64,000 nt of DNA from Candidatus Eiseniibacteriota bacterium. GTDB lineage: Bacteria; Eisenbacteria; RBG-16-71-46. The DNA lies in assembly GCA_963717505.1 (NCBI GenBank), contig OY970342.1, positions 3,712,001-3,776,000 on the forward strand, in the 5' to 3' direction. The translations under genes were made by a program, and so were the position numbers. The notes under the pieces were generated by a model, which ran no database searches, was not told the DNA's origin, and worked only from the letters and a program-made list of their open reading frames with translations. Positions 48,513-60,561 of this stretch are shown here, one piece after another. Position 1 is the first letter of the stretch, and every line of letters starts with the position of its first letter.

Positions 48513-50488
48513 ATGATTCAGCTCCACCAGGTTCGCTACTCGATCGGCCCGCGCGTCCTGTTCGATCAGGTCGATTGGGTGATCGCGCCCGGCGACCGGC
48601 ATGCGCTGGTCGGGCCGAACGGCGCCGGCAAGACCACCCTGCTCAAAATCCTGATCGGGGCGCTGCAGCCCGACGACGGCCGCCAGGTGATGACCCGCGG
48701 CACGCGCATCGGCTACCTGCCGCAGGAGGCCGCCGAGCGCTTCGACGGTACGGTGCTCGACCGCGCCATGGAAGCGTTCCGCAACCAGCTCGATCTGCGC
48801 GAGGAACTGGATGCGCTGCACAACGAGCTGGGCGGCATCACCCCCGACGATCCGCGCCTCGACGCCCTGCTCGCCCGCACCGGGCGATCTGCAGCACCAG
48901 CTCGATCTGGCGGCCGAGCATGCGCTCGAGCCCGAGGCGCGCAGCGTGCTCTCCGGACTCGGGTTCTCACGCGAGGACCAGGACCGGCCGCTCGCCGAGT
49001 TCTCGGGCGGGTGGCGCATGCGCGCCGCCCTGGCCGCACTGCTGCTCACCCACCCGACGCGTGCTGTTGCTCGACGAGCCGACCAACCATCTCGACCTGC
49101 CGGCCATGGAGTGGCTCGAGGACTACCTCGAATCGTTCGCCGGCGCACTGGTCGTGGTCTCCCACGACCGCGTGTTCCTCGATCGGGTCGCGACCCGCAT
49201 CCAGGAGCTGGACCACGAGCGCCTGACGCCCTACGCCACCTCGTTCACCGGCTACCTCGAGGAGCGCGAGCGGCGCCGCGAGCAGATCGAGGCCAAGAAC
49301 GAACAGGTCGAGCAGCGGATCGCGCAGCTCAAGCGGTTCGTCGATCGTTTCGGCGCCAAGAACACCAAGGCGGCGCAAGCTCAGAGCAAGCGCAAGATGA
49401 TCGAGCGGCTGAAGGAAGAGCATGTCGTGCTGCCGCGCTCGCCGCGCGCCATCCGGTTCTCGTTCCCCGCCCCGCCCCATGCCGGACGCCTGCTGATTCG
49501 CCTGGACGAGGCGTCGTTCGGCTACGACGCGCGCACGGTGTTCGCCGGCGCGCGCGCCGAGATCGCTCCGGGCGACAAGGTAGCAATCGTCGGCGCCAAC
49601 GGCGCCGGCAAGACCACGCTGCTCCGCGTCCTCGCCGGCCAGTTGGTCCAACGCCAGGGCGTGCGCGAGACCTGGCCGCACACCCGTCTCTCCTACTTCG
49701 CGCAGCACGCCGCCGAATCGCTCGACGGCGACGCCACCGCACTCGGCGCGCTCGAGAGCGTGGCGCCTCCGGCCTGGCGCCCACGCCTGCGCTCGCTGCT
49801 CGGCAACTTCCTGATCAGCGGCGACGACGTGTTCAAGTTCTGCCGGGTGCTATCGGGCGGCGAGCGCCAGCGGGTGGCACTGGCCAGGATCCTGCTCGAG
49901 CCTGCGAACCTGATCCTGCTCGACGAACCGACCCATCACCTGGATCTCGCGGGCAAGGAAGTGCTCGAGGAGGCGCTGGCCCAATACCCGGGGGCGGTGG
50001 TGGTGGTCACCCACGATCGATCCCTCATGTCCCGGCTCGCGACCCGGATCCTCGAGGTCCGCAACGGCCGGGTCACCCCCTACCCGGGCGGCTACGACGA
50101 CTACGAGTCGGCGCGCCTCGAGCGCGAGGTGAGAGAGCCCGACCCGGCTCCGGTGCGCGAGGAGCGTCGCAGCCCGGCGCCACCGGCGAAGGGACGGCCG
50201 GCGAAAAACGTCGGGATCGCGCGGGCGCCCGCCGGGACCTCCGTGCGCGGGAAGGCCGGTGCACGCGACTCGACCGCCGAACGCAAGCGTGATCGCGGCC
50301 GTGACCGCGAGGTGGCGCGCATCGAGAAGGAACTGGCGGAGCGCGAGACCGAAATGCGCAGCATGGAAGCCCAGCTCGCCGACCCCGAGGTCTACGCCGA
50401 CGGAACGCGGGCGCGCGACTTGGTCGGCCGCTACGAACGACTGCGCGCCGAAGTCGAGTCGCTGTGGCAGCGGCTCGGGGAGCTGTGA
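48513..50488 (+). CDS. ABC-F family ribosome-associated ATPase; two +1 frameshifts (~48883, ~49060)
   Basis: Two Walker A motifs (GPNGAGKT, GANGAGKT), FSGGW/LSGGE signatures, LLDEPT.HLD, V.HDR, C-terminal coiled coil. Confidence 0.9.
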
Positions 50489-50495
50489 GCTTCGA

Positions 50496-51799
<1,304 letters not shown>

Positions 51800-52005
51800 G
51801 CGGGCGACTCCCAGGTGCGTGCGCGCGGGCGAGCCCGCGGAACATGGCTTCAGGCGGCCCCGAAGGGCGAATCCGCTCGTCGGGAACCGCGAGAGCGGCC
51901 ACGGAGCGCGCGGAAAACCCCTGATGGATACTCCGGAACCCGCCGGTTCGCAAGTGCGCGACCGGGCGTGGGATCCCGGGCGCCGCGGGTCGCCCCGGCC
52001 AATCG

Positions 52006-52034
52006 TTGACGCCGGCACATTGCGGCCCTAACGT
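52006..52034 (+). promoter_or_regulatory. Sigma70-type promoter of the BMC-T gene (apparently leaderless)
   Basis: TTGACG-17 bp-TAACGT, ending 8 nt before ATG 52043; no Shine-Dalgarno. Confidence 0.6.
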
Positions 52035-52042
52035 GCCGCGCC

Positions 52043-52684
52043 ATGGCCGACGTCACGCTCCGCACCTACGTGTTCCTCGACAGCCTCCAGCCGCAGCTGG
52101 CGGCGTTCATCGGCACCACCGCGCGCGGCTTCCTGCCGGTCGCGGGCGACGCCTCGATGTTCATCGAGACCGCCCCCGGCCTGATCATCAATCGCATCAC
52201 GGACGTGGCGCTCAAGGCCACCCAGTGCACGCCGGCGATCATGGTGGTCGAGCGCGCCTTCGGCTTGCTCGAGATCCACCATCGCGACAAGGGCCAGGTC
52301 CAGCTCGGCGGCCAGGCGGTGCTCGGACATCTCGGCATCGCCGAGACCGACCGCGTCCAGCCGCGCGTCGTCTCGGACCAGGTCATCCGCGCGGTCGAGC
52401 CCTACCACGCCCAGGTCATCAACAAGAGCCGCTACGGCGACATGCTGATCGCCGGCGAGTCGCTGCTGATCCTCGAGACCGAGCCGGCCGGCTACATCGC
52501 ATTCGCCGCCAACGAGGCGCTCAAGGCGGCGCGGGTCAAGCTGATCGACGCCTCGCTGTTCGGCGCCTACGGGCGTCTCTACCTCTCGGGCCCGGAAGCG
52601 CAGATCGATGCGGCGCGTGACGCGGCGCTCAGCGGGCTGAGAACCGTGCGCGGCCGCGAAGCGTCACGGTCTTCCTCGGCCTAG
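52043..52684 (+). CDS. Bacterial microcompartment shell protein, tandem-domain BMC-T (CcmP/CsoS1D-type)
   Basis: TLRTYVFLDSLQPQLAAFIG, ITDVALKA, VERAFGLLEIH, ILETEPAGY..FAANEA.KAA, GAYGRLYLSG closely match CcmP and Haliangium BMC-T2-like proteins as I recall them. Confidence 0.93.
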   Translation: MADVTLRTYVFLDSLQPQLAAFIGTTARGFLPVAGDASMFIETAPGLIINRITDVALKATQCTPAIMVVERAFGLLEIHHRDKGQVQLGGQAVLGHLGIAETDRVQPRVVSDQVIRAVEPYHAQVINKSRYGDMLIAGESLLILETEPAGYIAFAANEALKAARVKLIDASLFGAYGRLYLSGPEAQIDAARDAALSGLRTVRGREASRSSSA

Positions 52685-52849
52685 CCCTACTGGTTGAGGG
52701 TGGCACGCGGGATCGATCGCGACTCCGGCTCCCGTGCAGGCAATCTCGCCCGGGCGCGCGAGGCCGAAGCGGTGCACCTTCGGATACCTGTCTCAACCGG
52801 AGAAGCATTCCCCCGCAAGGGCCACTCACCAGAGTCTCGTTCGCATCCG

Positions 52850-55540
52850 TTACTTGATGAGCACGATGCGGCGCACGACATCTTGAGCTTCAAGCCGAGC
52901 GTGCACGAGATACACACCAGAGGGAACGATTCGGCCACGACTGTCGTGGCCGTCCCAGCGGACCACGACGAAATTGCCCTGTGGCTCCGAATTCAAGTCT
53001 GCCACCCTGTGCCCGGTCACGTCGCACACTGACACTACGGTGGCGCGCCGCTCCGGGGTTTCCAGCTCAAGCACCACTGCATCGTTGAACGGGTTCGGCA
53101 CTGCCCGACGCCACGCCAGACGCACCCCGGGCAGGGGAACCACGAACACCACCGGACCCTCCCACAGCGACGCGCCGTCTCGTCGCACCACCTCTAGCCG
53201 GTAGCGGTAGCGGATTCCCGGCGTTACTCCGAAATCCTGCCAGTGGTACTCGCCGTCGCTCAGTGTCGGAACCGAACCCACGACCTCGAATGCACCAGTG
53301 TCTAGGCTTCGGTGCACCCTGAACTCCCTCACTTCTGCGACATCGCCAGCCCACCAACGCAGCCGTAGCTCCCCGTCATGGCCCTCCACAGCCAAGCCTG
53401 ACACGAGCACGGGCGTCGGCTTGTCGCCACGATTCTGAAGCACTGTTATCCGGCCAGAACCAGGGTTTGTCACCGCACAGTCGATCCAACCATCTCCGTC
53501 CACATCCTCGGCGACAATCCCCGTAGGCGCATCCCCCGCGGGGAATAGCTCCATGTCCAACGCGAAACCGCTTTGGCCAGCTTCCACCGCAACGCCGTAG
53601 TTCACAGCCATGCCGATTTCGTCTTCGGTCGCAACGAGAATGTCCTGAGCCCCATCCCCATCCACATCCCCAATGTCCATCGCCACACCCCCGCGGAACA
53701 CCCCCCTGCTTTCAAAACCACCGCCGCCGAGACCCACAAAAAGCTCGCCGCTCCCATTCTTGAGTACGGCGAGATCCGCGACCCCGTCCCCGGTGACATC
53801 CGCCACCCTTACCTCACGGGGTGCTCCCGGTCGCATCACGTAGCTCGGGCCCATCGTGAATGATCCGTCGCCAGCCCCGATGTGGATGGTCAGGTCTATC
53901 CCGGCGATCACGAGGTCAAGCGCCGAATCGCCGACTATGTCCACAACAGCCAATGCCCCGCCGAGTATGCCGAGTGGTGGGGAGTCAATGAAGCCACCAT
54001 CGCAGGTCCCATGAAAGACCATAACCTTCGAGCTCCCAGCAACAACAACGTCAGAACACCCGTCCCCGTTGATATCGCCTGAAGCAAAGTCGTTCGCGTA
54101 TTCCTCATAAGATATAGGCGTAGCAACTTCCGACAGTGATCCACCCCCATTAAGGAGCACGTGTAGCCGTCGGAGCGTATTGTCCATCACAACTGCATCC
54201 TCAAGACCGTCGTTGTTCAGGTCAACAGCCAGACCATCGTCTTGTCGTTCAGCCACCGCGTACGTGATAGGGGCCGCTAGTTCGCCAGCACCTTCGTTCG
54301 CCATAGCGGCCAACCCTCCAATGACCAGATACATGAAATCTGGCGTCGCGCCGAAGTCGAATCGGGCGCTCATTAGCGTTGTTGGCCCCTGACCCGCGAA
54401 GTGCTGTCGAGCGCCGTCGAAGTCCCCATTCCCGGATCCTCGTACTACGGCGATGCCTCGTTCGGCTCGAACGGCAACATCAGCCCTACCGTCTCCCGTG
54501 TAATCACCTACCAATGGATCTCCGACACCAGCGCCGTACGCACCGGTTTCGGTCGCATTGAGGAGTGGTGTTCCGGTGCCAGTATTGAGAAATGTCCGTA
54601 CTGGGTCCGTTCGATTCGGGCCACCGAGAACAACATCGAGAAGTCCATCTCCGTTTAGGTCGCCGAGCCCGACTCCTCCACCTTCTCCGGGAATCATCTG
54701 ATCCTCGCGCACACCAGGGAACGGCCCTTCGTTCTTGAATGCTGTGAGTTGTCCAGCGTCGCTCACGATCACCAGATCGGGATCACCGTCGAGGTCGATG
54801 TCATCGACAGCACCCGAAACGGTCGCGCCAACTGTGTTACCGACGTAACGCTCCTCTGTCGCAAACTGTCCCATCCCGAGATTGCGGATCAAGCCAAGGC
54901 CGAGGCCGTCCAATGTGACGATGTCAAGGAGGCCATCGTTATCGACATCCTCCACAAACACGCGATGGGCAAGGCCGCCGATCGGCAGACTGGCCGCAAC
55001 GCTCAGGGTCCCGTCGCCCGGCCCGCTCAGGATCAGCACCTCGTTGGGGCTGGCGGCTGTCACCACAACGTCCGGTAGTGTGCCTCCTGTAAGTAGAGCG
55101 ACAACCGGCGAGGCCGTGGGGCGGAAGAGAGTCGTCGAAACAGCAGGTTGGAGAGTTCCGGTCCCATTCCCCAAATAGACCAGAATCTCCCTTGCAGTCG
55201 TGGTGATCACGTCAAGGTGTGCGTCTTGATCAAGATCTCCAAGTGAAAGGGACCACTGGTCCTCTCCTTGGAACGAGTACGTATCAACGATGGAAAAGAG
55301 GCTGTCCTGGCCCAGGTGAACGGTGATGGCCGAAACCGTGGTTCCGTGCAAGCTGAGGAACACGACATCCTGCCGGCCGTCGGCATTTAGGTCTCCAGAG
55401 GCCATGGTCACCGAGGAAGCGCCCAACGCCGACGGGACCGCCAGCCACGGCGTATCGAATCGACCGCTCGATTGAACTGTGCCGGGGACCAAGCAGAGGC
55501 CGCAGGAAAGGTGCAGGAGCACGAGCAGGATCGATCTCAC
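52850..55540 (-). CDS. Secreted FG-GAP/VCBS repeat protein with FN3-like domain and FlgD-Ig/T9SS-like tail
   Basis: Many GDLNADGRQD-type repeats; tail PNPFND...WDGHDSRG..VPSGVY; start GTG 55540 after GGAG (alternative ATG 55582); lower GC than the flanks. Confidence 0.85.
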   Translation of the reverse strand: MRSILLVLLHLSCGLCLVPGTVQSSGRFDTPWLAVPSALGASSVTMASGDLNADGRQDVVFLSLHGTTVSAITVHLGQDSLFSIVDTYSFQGEDQWSLSLGDLDQDAHLDVITTTAREILVYLGNGTGTLQPAVSTTLFRPTASPVVALLTGGTLPDVVVTAASPNEVLILSGPGDGTLSVAASLPIGGLAHRVFVEDVDNDGLLDIVTLDGLGLGLIRNLGMGQFATEERYVGNTVGATVSGAVDDIDLDGDPDLVIVSDAGQLTAFKNEGPFPGVREDQMIPGEGGGVGLGDLNGDGLLDVVLGGPNRTDPVRTFLNTGTGTPLLNATETGAYGAGVGDPLVGDYTGDGRADVAVRAERGIAVVRGSGNGDFDGARQHFAGQGPTTLMSARFDFGATPDFMYLVIGGLAAMANEGAGELAAPITYAVAERQDDGLAVDLNNDGLEDAVVMDNTLRRLHVLLNGGGSLSEVATPISYEEYANDFASGDINGDGCSDVVVAGSSKVMVFHGTCDGGFIDSPPLGILGGALAVVDIVGDSALDLVIAGIDLTIHIGAGDGSFTMGPSYVMRPGAPREVRVADVTGDGVADLAVLKNGSGELFVGLGGGGFESRGVFRGGVAMDIGDVDGDGAQDILVATEDEIGMAVNYGVAVEAGQSGFALDMELFPAGDAPTGIVAEDVDGDGWIDCAVTNPGSGRITVLQNRGDKPTPVLVSGLAVEGHDGELRLRWWAGDVAEVREFRVHRSLDTGAFEVVGSVPTLSDGEYHWQDFGVTPGIRYRYRLEVVRRDGASLWEGPVVFVVPLPGVRLAWRRAVPNPFNDAVVLELETPERRATVVSVCDVTGHRVADLNSEPQGNFVVVRWDGHDSRGRIVPSGVYLVHARLEAQDVVRRIVLIK

Positions 55541-55859
55541 AGAAGGCTCCGCAGGCGATCGTGCTAGGAACTGACTGATCATTTGGTGGAAGATGTTACA
55601 AGGCTCAGCGCACACTGTCGATTCGCGACTTGGACGTGTTTCTGAGTTGAGTGCCGCTGCGGACCGGGGATTGTTGGCCGCACCCGGTCCGGGGTCGAAC
55701 GATTCGTTGCCAGCCACCTAGCCGCGGCGGCGCTACCACGGCACGACCGCCAGGAACACTCCGAGTCTCACGGCGCAGGACCAGGTTCGGCGCCTCGAGT
55801 CGCAGCGCGTAGGTGCCGACGACGCCGAGAAGGACCGGCGAGATCATGGCCCGGTGGCC

Positions 55860-56654
55860 TCACCAAAGCTCGCCCTGCGGCCACAGCCGGCGCGGCTCCT
55901 CGGCGACCAGCCCGAGCCGGCGCATCAGCTCGAGCGCACTGGCCGGCGAGTGGCCGGCCCAGTGGTTGTTGAAGTAGCCGAAGACCTCGCGAACCTGGGG
56001 CAGCGCGCGCGTCAGCTCCGCCTGCCAGTCGTCGAAGTCTGCCGTGCGTTCCACCTGCACGCGATCGAACGACTGGACCTGTTCGCGGTTGCCCATCCAG
56101 CGCAGGTAGAGGAAATCGGCGGTGATCTCGGACCAGCGCGGCAGATCGCGCCAGGCGGTCCACGCCAGCGCGGCGCCCCGGGCGCGCAACAGGTCGGCGG
56201 TCGCCGCCTGGTGCCACGAGCGGTCACGAAACTCGACCGCGATCCTCACGCCGTCCGGGCACGCGGCCAGGAAACGATCGAGCAGGCCGACGTTGCCGGG
56301 ATCGTGAACGAAGTCGGCCGGCATCTGGACCAGCAGCGGGCCGAGACGCGGACCCAGCGGTTCGAGCGCGCGCACGAATCCTTCGATCTGCTCCTCCATG
56401 CGCACCAGGCGCGCGGCATGGGTGATCGCCTGCGGGACCTTGGCGGCGAAGCGGAAGTCCTCGGGTGTGTGCCGGGCCCAGGACCGCACGATCGACGGCT
56501 TCGGAGCGTGGTAGAAGGTGGTGTCCAGCTCGACCGTGCGAAACACGCGCGCGTAGAACGGCAGGTAGTCTTCCTGCTTGCTGTGCGGCGGATAGAAAGA
56601 CCCGATCCATTCGGCGTAGGACCAACCCTGAGTTCCGAGATAGAGGTCGGCCAT
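55860..56654 (-). CDS. DUF72 (YecE/YunF-like) protein
   Basis: LGTQGWSY..W...FYP, VELDTTFY, FAAKVPQAITH, VEFRDRSW, YLRW.G, YFNNH. Confidence 0.92.
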   Translation of the reverse strand: MADLYLGTQGWSYAEWIGSFYPPHSKQEDYLPFYARVFRTVELDTTFYHAPKPSIVRSWARHTPEDFRFAAKVPQAITHAARLVRMEEQIEGFVRALEPLGPRLGPLLVQMPADFVHDPGNVGLLDRFLAACPDGVRIAVEFRDRSWHQAATADLLRARGAALAWTAWRDLPRWSEITADFLYLRWMGNREQVQSFDRVQVERTADFDDWQAELTRALPQVREVFGYFNNHWAGHSPASALELMRRLGLVAEEPRRLWPQGELW

Positions 56655-56658
56655 GGGT

Positions 56659-57558
56659 TCAGGGCGTGGTGGCCGCGGCCGGTTCGCCGCCGAGGTGCTG
56701 GTCGAAGAACGCGAGCACGCGCCGCTCGTATTCCTCACGATGGTCGCGCCACGCTTCGTTGTGGCCCGATCCGGGCAGGATCCACTGCTCATCCTTGGCG
56801 CCGGCCGCCTCCCATAGTTGCTCGACGTGACTAGGGGTTAGCCGGTCGTCCTTCAAGCCATGGATGAAGAATATCGGCCGCTCGCGCAGGAGCCGCGCCG
56901 CCGCGGCCGCATCGGTCGCCCCAGGGTCCAGGCCGGTGGCCACGCGTCCCAAAACTCGCGCCATCGAAGCCGCCGGCTCGCGCGGCAAGCGCGCCCAGCG
57001 CACGGTCGAATCCTCGATCGCCGCCTTGGAATGCGCGAACGCGCCATCGATTACCAACGCGCGCACGAAGTCGTGTCGCGAGGCGGAGATCAAGGCCACG
57101 CTGCCGCCGAGGGACTCACCCAGAACACCGATCGAGCCGCGATCGAGGCCAGCCTGTTGGCGAAGCCAGAGCAGGGCCGCTTCACCATCGGGCAGTTCGT
57201 GATGGCCGAGCGTGGTCGGCACCCGGCGGCCGCTGCCGAACGCTCGTGACGAGCGAAAGTCGATGGCCAGCACGCCGTAGCCGGCGTTCTCGAGGAACGC
57301 GCCATAGCGCCACGCGCGATGATGGTCGCGTCCGAAGCCGTGCAGAATCAGGACCGCCGCCGGCTTGCGACCCGGCAGGTACCAGCCGTCGAGCTGATCG
57401 TCGCCGACCGGGATGCGCACGTGTTGGGCGCGCGCATCGAGATTGGGCGCACCGCCCAGGTCGCGCGGCAGCCAGGGAAACAACATGAAGCGCAGCGTGC
57501 CCGCCACCGCCGCAGCCAAGAGCACGACCGCGGCTAGCGCGATCAGGATGCCGACCAC
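56659..57558 (-). CDS. Membrane-anchored alpha/beta hydrolase
   Basis: N-terminal TM; LHGFG, GESLGG nucleophile, IHGLKDD, GSGHN. Confidence 0.88.
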   Translation of the reverse strand: MVGILIALAAVVLLAAAVAGTLRFMLFPWLPRDLGGAPNLDARAQHVRIPVGDDQLDGWYLPGRKPAAVLILHGFGRDHHRAWRYGAFLENAGYGVLAIDFRSSRAFGSGRRVPTTLGHHELPDGEAALLWLRQQAGLDRGSIGVLGESLGGSVALISASRHDFVRALVIDGAFAHSKAAIEDSTVRWARLPREPAASMARVLGRVATGLDPGATDAAAAARLLRERPIFFIHGLKDDRLTPSHVEQLWEAAGAKDEQWILPGSGHNEAWRDHREEYERRVLAFFDQHLGGEPAAATTP

Positions 57559-57568
57559 CAGGGGACTC

Positions 57569-58708
57569 CTAGCCGGCGACCTCGAGCCCGCGCGGGCCGA
57601 CGTACTCCGACATCGGCCGGATCAGATGATCCTCCGCGTGCTGCTCGAGAACGTGAGCGCACCAGCCGGCCACACGACCACAAGCGAACATCGCAACGAA
57701 GCTGCGTGGCTCGAGGCCGAGCGATTGCAGCACCAGCGCGGTGTAGAACTCGACGTTGGTCTTGAGATTGCGCCCCGGCTTGTGCTCGTCGAGTACGCGC
57801 ACCGCGGTCGCCTCGACGTGACGCGCCAGCTCGAACAGCTGGCGGTTCTCGAGCCGTGCACCGCCCAGCCGGTCGGCGACCCGCGACAGCACCTCGGCGC
57901 GTGGATCGCGCACCTTGTAGACGCGATGGCCGAATCCCATGATCCGGCGACCGGCGGCCAGCTCGCGCTCGAGCCAGGGCTCGGCGTTGGCGGCCGAGCC
58001 GATGTCCTTGAGCATGTCGAGCACCGGCCCCGGAGCGCCACCGTGCAACGGCCCCTTGAGCGCGCCGACGGCACCGGTCACCGCGCTCACCAGGTCCGAT
58101 CGCGTGCTGGCGATCACCCGCGCGGTGAAGGTCGACGCGTTCATGCCGTGATCGGCGACCGTGACCCAATAGGTGTCGAGTGCGCGCGCGGCTTCGGCGT
58201 CGGGCTCGCGCCCGTGCACCATGTAGAGAAAGTTCGCCGCGTGCGCCAGATCCGCCCGGGGCGCGATCGGCTCTTGTCCGGCGGCGATCCGCAGGTGCGT
58301 CGCCACCGCGGTCGGGAAGCGCGCGGTCAGCATGCCCGCCGCGTCCAGGTCGGCGGCGGGCGTGATGTCGTCCGGACGCTCGCGATCGAGCGACATCGTC
58401 GCACACGCCATACGCAGGGCGTCGATCGGAGCGACCCGCGCGGCGGCGCGCAGGACGTGCAGCGTCTCGGCCGGCAGCGTGCGGCGGGATGCGAGTGATC
58501 GTCTGGAATTCGCGTCGCGCTCGCCGGCCGACGGTAGCGATCCGCGCCACAGCAGATGAGCCACGTCTTCGAATCCGACGTGGTTCGCGAGCCGATCGAG
58601 CAGGTAGCCGGCAATCACCAGCTCGCCCTTGGCCCCGTCGACGTGGCTCAGGCGGGTCTGCGCCGCGACCACTCCGTCGAGGCCGCGCGCGGCGGCGGGT
58701 TGGGTCAT
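57569..58708 (-). CDS. Second citrate synthase / methylcitrate synthase family protein (type I-like)
   Basis: [51 protein letters not shown]. Confidence 0.9.
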   Translation of the reverse strand: MTQPAAARGLDGVVAAQTRLSHVDGAKGELVIAGYLLDRLANHVGFEDVAHLLWRGSLPSAGERDANSRRSLASRRTLPAETLHVLRAAARVAPIDALRMACATMSLDRERPDDITPAADLDAAGMLTARFPTAVATHLRIAAGQEPIAPRADLAHAANFLYMVHGREPDAEAARALDTYWVTVADHGMNASTFTARVIASTRSDLVSAVTGAVGALKGPLHGGAPGPVLDMLKDIGSAANAEPWLERELAAGRRIMGFGHRVYKVRDPRAEVLSRVADRLGGARLENRQLFELARHVEATAVRVLDEHKPGRNLKTNVEFYTALVLQSLGLEPRSFVAMFACGRVAGWCAHVLEQHAEDHLIRPMSEYVGPRGLEVAG

Positions 58709-58754
58709 GGTGTCCTTCTCCTCGAAGCTCGCGCCATCGGCGCGCGCGAACCGA

Positions 58755-60404
58755 TCACGCGCCGGCGAGGCCGGCGACGAACGCCGCCGGGTTCAGCGGC
58801 TGGTTCGTCGTCTGCTGGATCGCCTGCCGCCAGTCCACCGACTTGCCGGGGCGATAGAGATGCTCGATCAGGTATTTGCCGACCGCCGGGCTCGAAATGT
58901 AGCGATCCCAGGTCGCATGGTCGCCGCGATCGGGATCGCCGCCCACGTGCGCCTGGAGCCGGCGCTCGACCTGCGAGGCCATCATCTCCCCGAGCATGTA
59001 GTTGTGGTAGTAGACGGGCGCCACGCTGAAATGGATCTTGCTCGCCCAGTCCGGCGCCGAGCGGCCGTCCGGCCGCCGGACCAACTGCAGCCGCTCGACC
59101 AGATCCCACCACAGACCATCCAGATCCTGTTCGGGATCTCGGTAGAGTGCCCGCTCCATGTTCGCCATCACCAGACACCAGCGGGTCATGACCAGGAGCT
59201 GGCTGCGCGTGGCGCGCGAGGTCGCGGCCGCCGCCGGTCGCGCCTCGGCCGCCGGCACGCCGGCGTAGCGTTCCAGCCACGCAGCGTTTCGCGACAGCCG
59301 GCCGAACAGCATCGCGCTGGCTTCGGTGGTCAGCGTGTGCGCCGGTTGGCGCAGGAGCCACGGCAGGTTCGGGTCCAGGTATCGGTCGTACACCGCATGA
59401 CCGAACTCGTGCAGCATGGTGCCCATCCACTGCTCGTTGGACTTGATGTTGCACAACACGCGAATGTCGGCGCCCCGGTCCACGGCCATGCAGAACGCGT
59501 GCTGGCACTTGCCCGGCTTCTCGTAGAGATCGGCGCGCTCGAGCAGATCGCCGAGTTCGAGCCCGATCGCCGTGAAGAACTTGCGCGTCAGGTCCTCGAG
59601 CGAGGCGCGCTCGAACCAACGGTCGAGATCGACGCCCTTGGCCTGCGTCTCCTGGAAGAACGGATCCGAGTAGTGCCACGGCTGCAGCGCGTCGGGACGC
59701 GTTGCGAATCGGCCGGCCAGCTCGACGTCGAGCTCGCTCTTCCACGCCGCGAACTGGTCGCGGGTATCGCGCTCCAGCGCGTCGAGGATCCCGAACAGCT
59801 CGCCTTCGTCCAGCTCGTCGAGCTCGAGCATCATCGAGTAGTAGTTCGAGAAACCGAGCTGGGTGGCCGCCTGATTTCGCAGGCGAACCAGCCGTTTGAG
59901 CTCGCCGACCACCTGGGCACCGACCTGCTTCGAGGCCTCCCACGCCGCACGCCGGCGCGCGGCGTCGTCCGACGTCTTGAGCACGTCGCGCAGCGCGTTC
60001 TCGGTCACCGTCTCGCCGTCGAACTCGGCGCGGAACGCGTTGAACCGGTGCTCGAGGTCCTTCTCGATCCGGACCATGGTCGCGATGTGCTCGGGATCGA
60101 TCTGATGGGCGCGGTAGGTGTTGAACAGCAGGCGGACCTGGCGCTGGAGCAGCTGATCGAGCCCGTCACCTTCGCGCACTCCGGCCTCGAGCACGCGAAA
60201 CGACTCTCGGTTCGAGTAGATCGTGCGGATGCGAGCGTCGAGGTCGGCGCTCTCCTGCACGAACGCCGCCTCGCCGGTCACGTTCGACTGCCAGCTCGCC
60301 TCCTGGTAACGCAGGAACAGCGGCTCGACTTCGCGGACGCGATCTTCGACGAACGCGGTCAGCCGCGCCGGGGCGCCGGCGGCCGCGGAAGGGGAATGGT
60401 GCAC
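58755..60404 (-). CDS. M2/M3 family zinc metallopeptidase
   Basis: RLRNQAATQLGF.NYY, GKCQHAFC, TMLHEFGH, TTEASAM, YYHNYMLG. Confidence 0.88.
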   Translation of the reverse strand: MHHSPSAAAGAPARLTAFVEDRVREVEPLFLRYQEASWQSNVTGEAAFVQESADLDARIRTIYSNRESFRVLEAGVREGDGLDQLLQRQVRLLFNTYRAHQIDPEHIATMVRIEKDLEHRFNAFRAEFDGETVTENALRDVLKTSDDAARRRAAWEASKQVGAQVVGELKRLVRLRNQAATQLGFSNYYSMMLELDELDEGELFGILDALERDTRDQFAAWKSELDVELAGRFATRPDALQPWHYSDPFFQETQAKGVDLDRWFERASLEDLTRKFFTAIGLELGDLLERADLYEKPGKCQHAFCMAVDRGADIRVLCNIKSNEQWMGTMLHEFGHAVYDRYLDPNLPWLLRQPAHTLTTEASAMLFGRLSRNAAWLERYAGVPAAEARPAAAATSRATRSQLLVMTRWCLVMANMERALYRDPEQDLDGLWWDLVERLQLVRRPDGRSAPDWASKIHFSVAPVYYHNYMLGEMMASQVERRLQAHVGGDPDRGDHATWDRYISSPAVGKYLIEHLYRPGKSVDWRQAIQQTTNQPLNPAAFVAGLAGA

Positions 60405-60561
60405 GAGATCTCCGTGGGGTCCTGGGGGGCTCGACGAGACCGCGATGAGGATGCTTCGTCGCGCAGTCTAGGCGATCGAACGGCTCGGGGGGAAACGACA
60501 TGGGCACGCCCACCCGCCGGCGTGGTGCGATTCGGGGGTGTGACGGGGGACGTGCCCGAAT

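Noticed and set aside
55605-55847. Short minus-strand ORF (GTYALRLEAPNLVLRR) as a remnant sorting tail
   Set aside because: The similarity covers only a few residues; no RBS or other support.
58490-58520. Odd segment ERDANSRRSL in the second citrate synthase
   Set aside because: May reflect compensating insertion errors, but the frame is intact and I cannot demonstrate it.
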